Below are positions 60,348-64,000 of a stretch of DNA of 64,000 nucleotides, piece after piece. The stretch's first letter is position 1, and the number at the start of each line of letters is the position of its first letter. The position numbers and the translations under genes were made by a program. The DNA comes from Octopus vulgaris (taxonomy: Eukaryota): NCBI GenBank assembly GCA_951406725.2, contig OX597823.1, forward strand, positions 95,666,001 to 95,730,000, read 5' to 3'. The notes beneath the pieces were generated by a model. The model did not search any database and was not told where the DNA came from. It saw nothing but the letters and a program-made list of their open reading frames with translations.

Positions 60348-60922
60348 GAGGCGTGGCTGTGTGGTAAGTAGCTTGTTTACCAACTACATGGTTCCAGGTT
60401 CAGTCCCACTGTGTGGCACCTTGGGCAAGTGTCTTCTACTATAGCCTCAGGCCGACCAAAGCCTTATGAGTGGATTTGGCAGACGGAAACTGAAAGAAGC
60501 CCATCGTATATATATGTGTGTGTATGTTTGTTCCCCCACCATCACTTGACAACCGATGTTGGTGTATTTACGTTCCTGTAACATAGTGGTTTGGCAAAAG
60601 GGGGCACTCTGTCGGTTATGACAATGAGGGTCCCAGCTGATATGATCAACGGAACAGCTTGCTTGTGAAATTAATGTGCAAGTTGCCAAGCACTACACAG
60701 ACACGTGTGCCCTTAATATAGTTCTCATGGAGATTCAGCGTGACACAGAGTGTGGCATGGCTGGCCCTTTGAAATTCAGATACTACTCATTTTTACCAGC
60801 TGAGTGAACCGAAGCAACGTGAGATAAAGTGTCTTGCTCAAGGACACAATGCATCACCAGGAATTGAACTCACAACCTTATGATTGTGAGCGAAATGCCC
60901 TAACCACTAAGCCATGCGCCTT
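60347..60922. mobile_element. SINE family B (plus, 60347-60600) abutting SINE family C (minus, 60605-60922)
   Basis: Tail-to-tail arrangement with both tRNA-like heads visible. Confidence 0.8.
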
Positions 60923-60939
60923 CATACACACACACACAA

Positions 60940-60970
<31 letters not shown>

Positions 60971-61135
60971 AGGTGTGTTATGAAAATTTAAAGAAAATGT
61001 ATTCTATAGAAACTTAACAAATAATTAAAGATGGAGAAGAGGTGTTACAACTTTTACAAAATTTTCAAACAGTAATGTTAACATGTTAATAGCATGGTAG
61101 TATTTCCACTTTTTTCTCATTATTTTTATCTATCA

Positions 61136-61143
61136 TTATTATT

Positions 61144-61182
<39 letters not shown>

Positions 61183-61199
61183 GCTGTTGTGTGTTGTTG

Positions 61200-61236
<37 letters not shown>
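61136..61236. repeat. (ATT)(GTT)n(GCT)n trinucleotide array
   Basis: Direct reading. Confidence 0.95.
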
Positions 61237-61237
<1 letters not shown>

Positions 61238-61511
61238 AATGGGTTTTTTTTTCAACTTTATATTAACACCAATTATAATTAATATATCATGCATTATATT
61301 CTGTGTTTTACTTATAAAGTTTATACATATACATATGTAATACATTATACACATTATTATACACAGGTGTATGGATGCATATATGTGTGTATATATCTGC
61401 ATATGTACGCGTGTGTGTATGTATATATATATATACACACACACACACATATATGCACATATCTTTTCATCTTTTTTCATAGATTTAAATGCATCAGTAT
61501 ACAATATATAT

Positions 61512-61988
61512 ATATATCAAACTATAGTTGCAGAACAAACAAATACAGGGTCATCCACGTAACATTTCATATTTCGAACATTTAATCATAGTATATACAT
61601 GTATAACATCACGGAAGATGAAACATAACTCATCTGTACAAGCATATAAGAAAGTGCGAGGAAAATTTGTGAATACAGTTATATATTTTTATATACCTAT
61701 ATACTTATATATTACTTTATACTTTATATTTTTACGTATTTATTATTCTAGGTGTTGTAATGTTTTTAAAAAAAATATATATTTCTTAATCGCTAAAGTA
61801 TTAACTTTTAACCGTGATGAACTGTATTCACACATTTTTCTCGCACTTTCTTATATGCTTGTACAGATGAGTTATGTTTCATCTTCCATGATGTTATACA
61901 TGTATATTCTATGATTAAATGTTCGAGATATGAAATGTTACGTGGATGACCCTGTATTTGTTTGTTTTGCAACTATAGTTTGATATAT
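61512..61988. repeat. Long inverted repeat, ~170-bp arms (61512-61680 / 61820-61988)
   Basis: caaactatagttgc...cagggtcatccacgtaacatttcata...tgtgaatacagtt mirrored with few mismatches. Confidence 0.9.
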
Positions 61989-62080
61989 TTGTCTCATTTA
62001 ATTGAGCACTTCTATAGCAGTCCTATTAAACATTTTGTTCCTGATAAGAAACAATCACTGTATTATTAATATATATATAT

Positions 62081-63730
62081 CATCTTCATCATCATCGTTT
62101 AACGTCCGCTTTCCATGCTAGCATGGGTTGGACGATTTTGACTGAGGGCTGGCGAACCAGATGGCTGCACCAGGCTCCAATCTTGATCTGGCAGAGTTTC
62201 TACAGCTGGATGACCTTCCTAACGCCAACCACTCCGAGAGTGTAGTGGGAGCTTTTTATGTGTTGCCGGCATGGGGCCAGTCACACAGTACTGGCAACGA
62301 CCTTGCTCAAATCTATTACCTGTGCCACCGGCACAGGTGCCAGTGAAACAACATTGGTAACGACCACGCTTGAATGGTGCCCTTTTATGTGCCATGGATA
62401 CGGAAGCCAGTTGGCTGCTCTGGCAACGATCAAGCTTGGATAGTGCTCTTGGATGGTGCACAGGCATAAGTGCGAGTAAGACGACGCTGGTAACGATCAT
62501 ACTCGAATAGCCGCTCTGTCAACGATCACATTCGTATGGTGCTCTTTGCACCCTGCTAGCACGAATGCCAGTCATCGAATTGATTTTGATTTTGACTTCA
62601 CTTGCCTCAACAGGTCTTCGCAAATAGAGTTTAGTGACCAAAGAAGGAAAGGTACACATAAGCGGGCTGGTTACGCTCCTGGCATAGGCCACAAGTTAAG
62701 GTCTCATTTCATAGGTCACAGGTTATGGTCTCATTTGGCTTGCCGGGTCTTCTCGAACACAGCATATTTCCAAAAGTCTCAGTCTCTAGTCATTTTCTTG
62801 GTGAGGCCTAATGTTTAAAGGTCTTGCTTCACCACTTCATCCCAGGTCTTCCTGGGTCTACCTCTTCCACAGGTTCCCTCAACCGCTAGGGTGTGACACT
62901 TTTTCACGCAGCTATCCTCATCCATTCTTGCTACATGACCATACCAGTACAGTCGTCTCTTTTGCACACCACATCTAATGCTTCTTAGGTCCAACTTTTC
63001 TCTCAAAGTACTTACACTCTGTCGAGTATGCACACTGACATTACACATCCATCGGATCATACTGGCTTCATTCCTTGCGAGCTTACGCATGTCCTCAGCA
63101 GTCACGGCCCATGATTCAATGCCATGTAGCATAACTGTTCGTACACATGCGTCATACAGTCTATCTTTTACTCTGAGCAAGAGGCCCTTTGTCACCAGCA
63201 GAGTTAAGAGCTCTCTGAACTTTGCCCAAGCTATTCTTGTTCTAGCAGCTACACTTTCAGCGCACCCTCCTCCGCTACTGACTTGGTCACCTAGGTAACG
63301 GAAGCTATCAACTACTTATAGTTTTCCTCCCTGGAATGTGGCGGAAGTTGTTCTCTGCACATTTTCAGTGTTTATTGCCCCCGAGCATCTGCCACATATA
63401 AAAACTATCTTCCCAGTTAGCCTCCCTTTGATATTACTGCACCTCTTATGTGTCCATAGCTTACACTGGGTACATCTTATAGAGTTTCTACCAATGCCTC
63501 CACTACAGATCTAGCAGGGCCATCTACCTGAAGGGATTTGTGGTTTGCCTTCCTTCTTACTTATTGGGACTTTGGTTTTAGCTAGGTTGATTTTAAGGCC
63601 CTTCGATTCTAATCCTTGTTTCCACACTTGAAACTTCTCCTCTAGTTCTGATAGTGACTCAGCAATTAGAGCAAGGTCGTCAGCATAGAGGAGCTCCCAG
63701 GGGCATCCTGTCTTGAATTCCTCTGTTATA
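62081..63730 (-). mobile_element. 5'-truncated RTE-clade LINE (RT YADD to 3' tail)
   Basis: ORFs 63511..63747 (GCPWELLYADDLALIAE) and 62815..63195 (...RRLYWYGHV...GRGRPRKTW); 3' tail (GAT)n. Confidence 0.93.
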
Positions 63731-64000
63731 CCTCCGTTATAGCTCAATATATATATATATATATATTGATATAATTTCTCTGATATAGGAAATTTTGTAT
63801 ATATGAATTACTTCTCGTATCTTTAATATACTTATTGGTTCGCACCTATCACTCCTTAGTAATAAAAATACTTTTTCTTACATTCACTTTCACCACCACT
63901 AAGTCAGAAAATTATTTATAAAAATATCACTATGGATGTTTACCTCTTTTATGCATAGCTAGATTCTCAATTTATATTGTAATTTTTAGCTGCAATTTCC

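Noticed and set aside
61142-61240. Minus-strand polyQ/polyS/polyN ORF
   Set aside because: Trinucleotide microsatellite without splice or coding context

Overview
AT-rich, repeat-saturated eukaryotic genomic DNA, not prokaryotic. The SINE, LINE and microsatellite families look like those of a coleoid cephalopod (probably Octopus; inferred from remembered repeat families). Almost all ORF-track entries are spurious microsatellite or repeat translations. The window is the interior of one + strand multi-exon gene. Six phase-compatible exons (12264-12333, 22956/22959-23098, 24313-24460, 35520-35687, 48648-48853, 58998-59878) splice into one frame. Exon 48648-48853, missed by the ORF track, encodes SIDILLQSREANPEEILRSLGFG...RIPQRFF, the KRAP/IP3-receptor-binding signature of the ITPRID2(SSFA2/KRAP)/ITPRID1/TESPA1 family. 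Two candidate alternative 3' ends bracket that exon: a terminal exon before it (38637-38718) and an in-frame read-through after it (48854-49341). The introns hold three tRNA-derived SINE families, RTE/CR1/R4 LINE remnants, a DD37D (maT) transposase relic, non-autonomous Helitrons, pogo/hAT/piggyBac-type MITEs, Penelope-like remnants with degenerate hammerhead-ribozyme cores, and many long fold-back inverted repeats. I found no convincing wholly new system. The best leads are the isoform switch around the IP3R-binding domain and the intronic hairpin/hammerhead landscape. Repeat boundaries were read by eye and are approximate.
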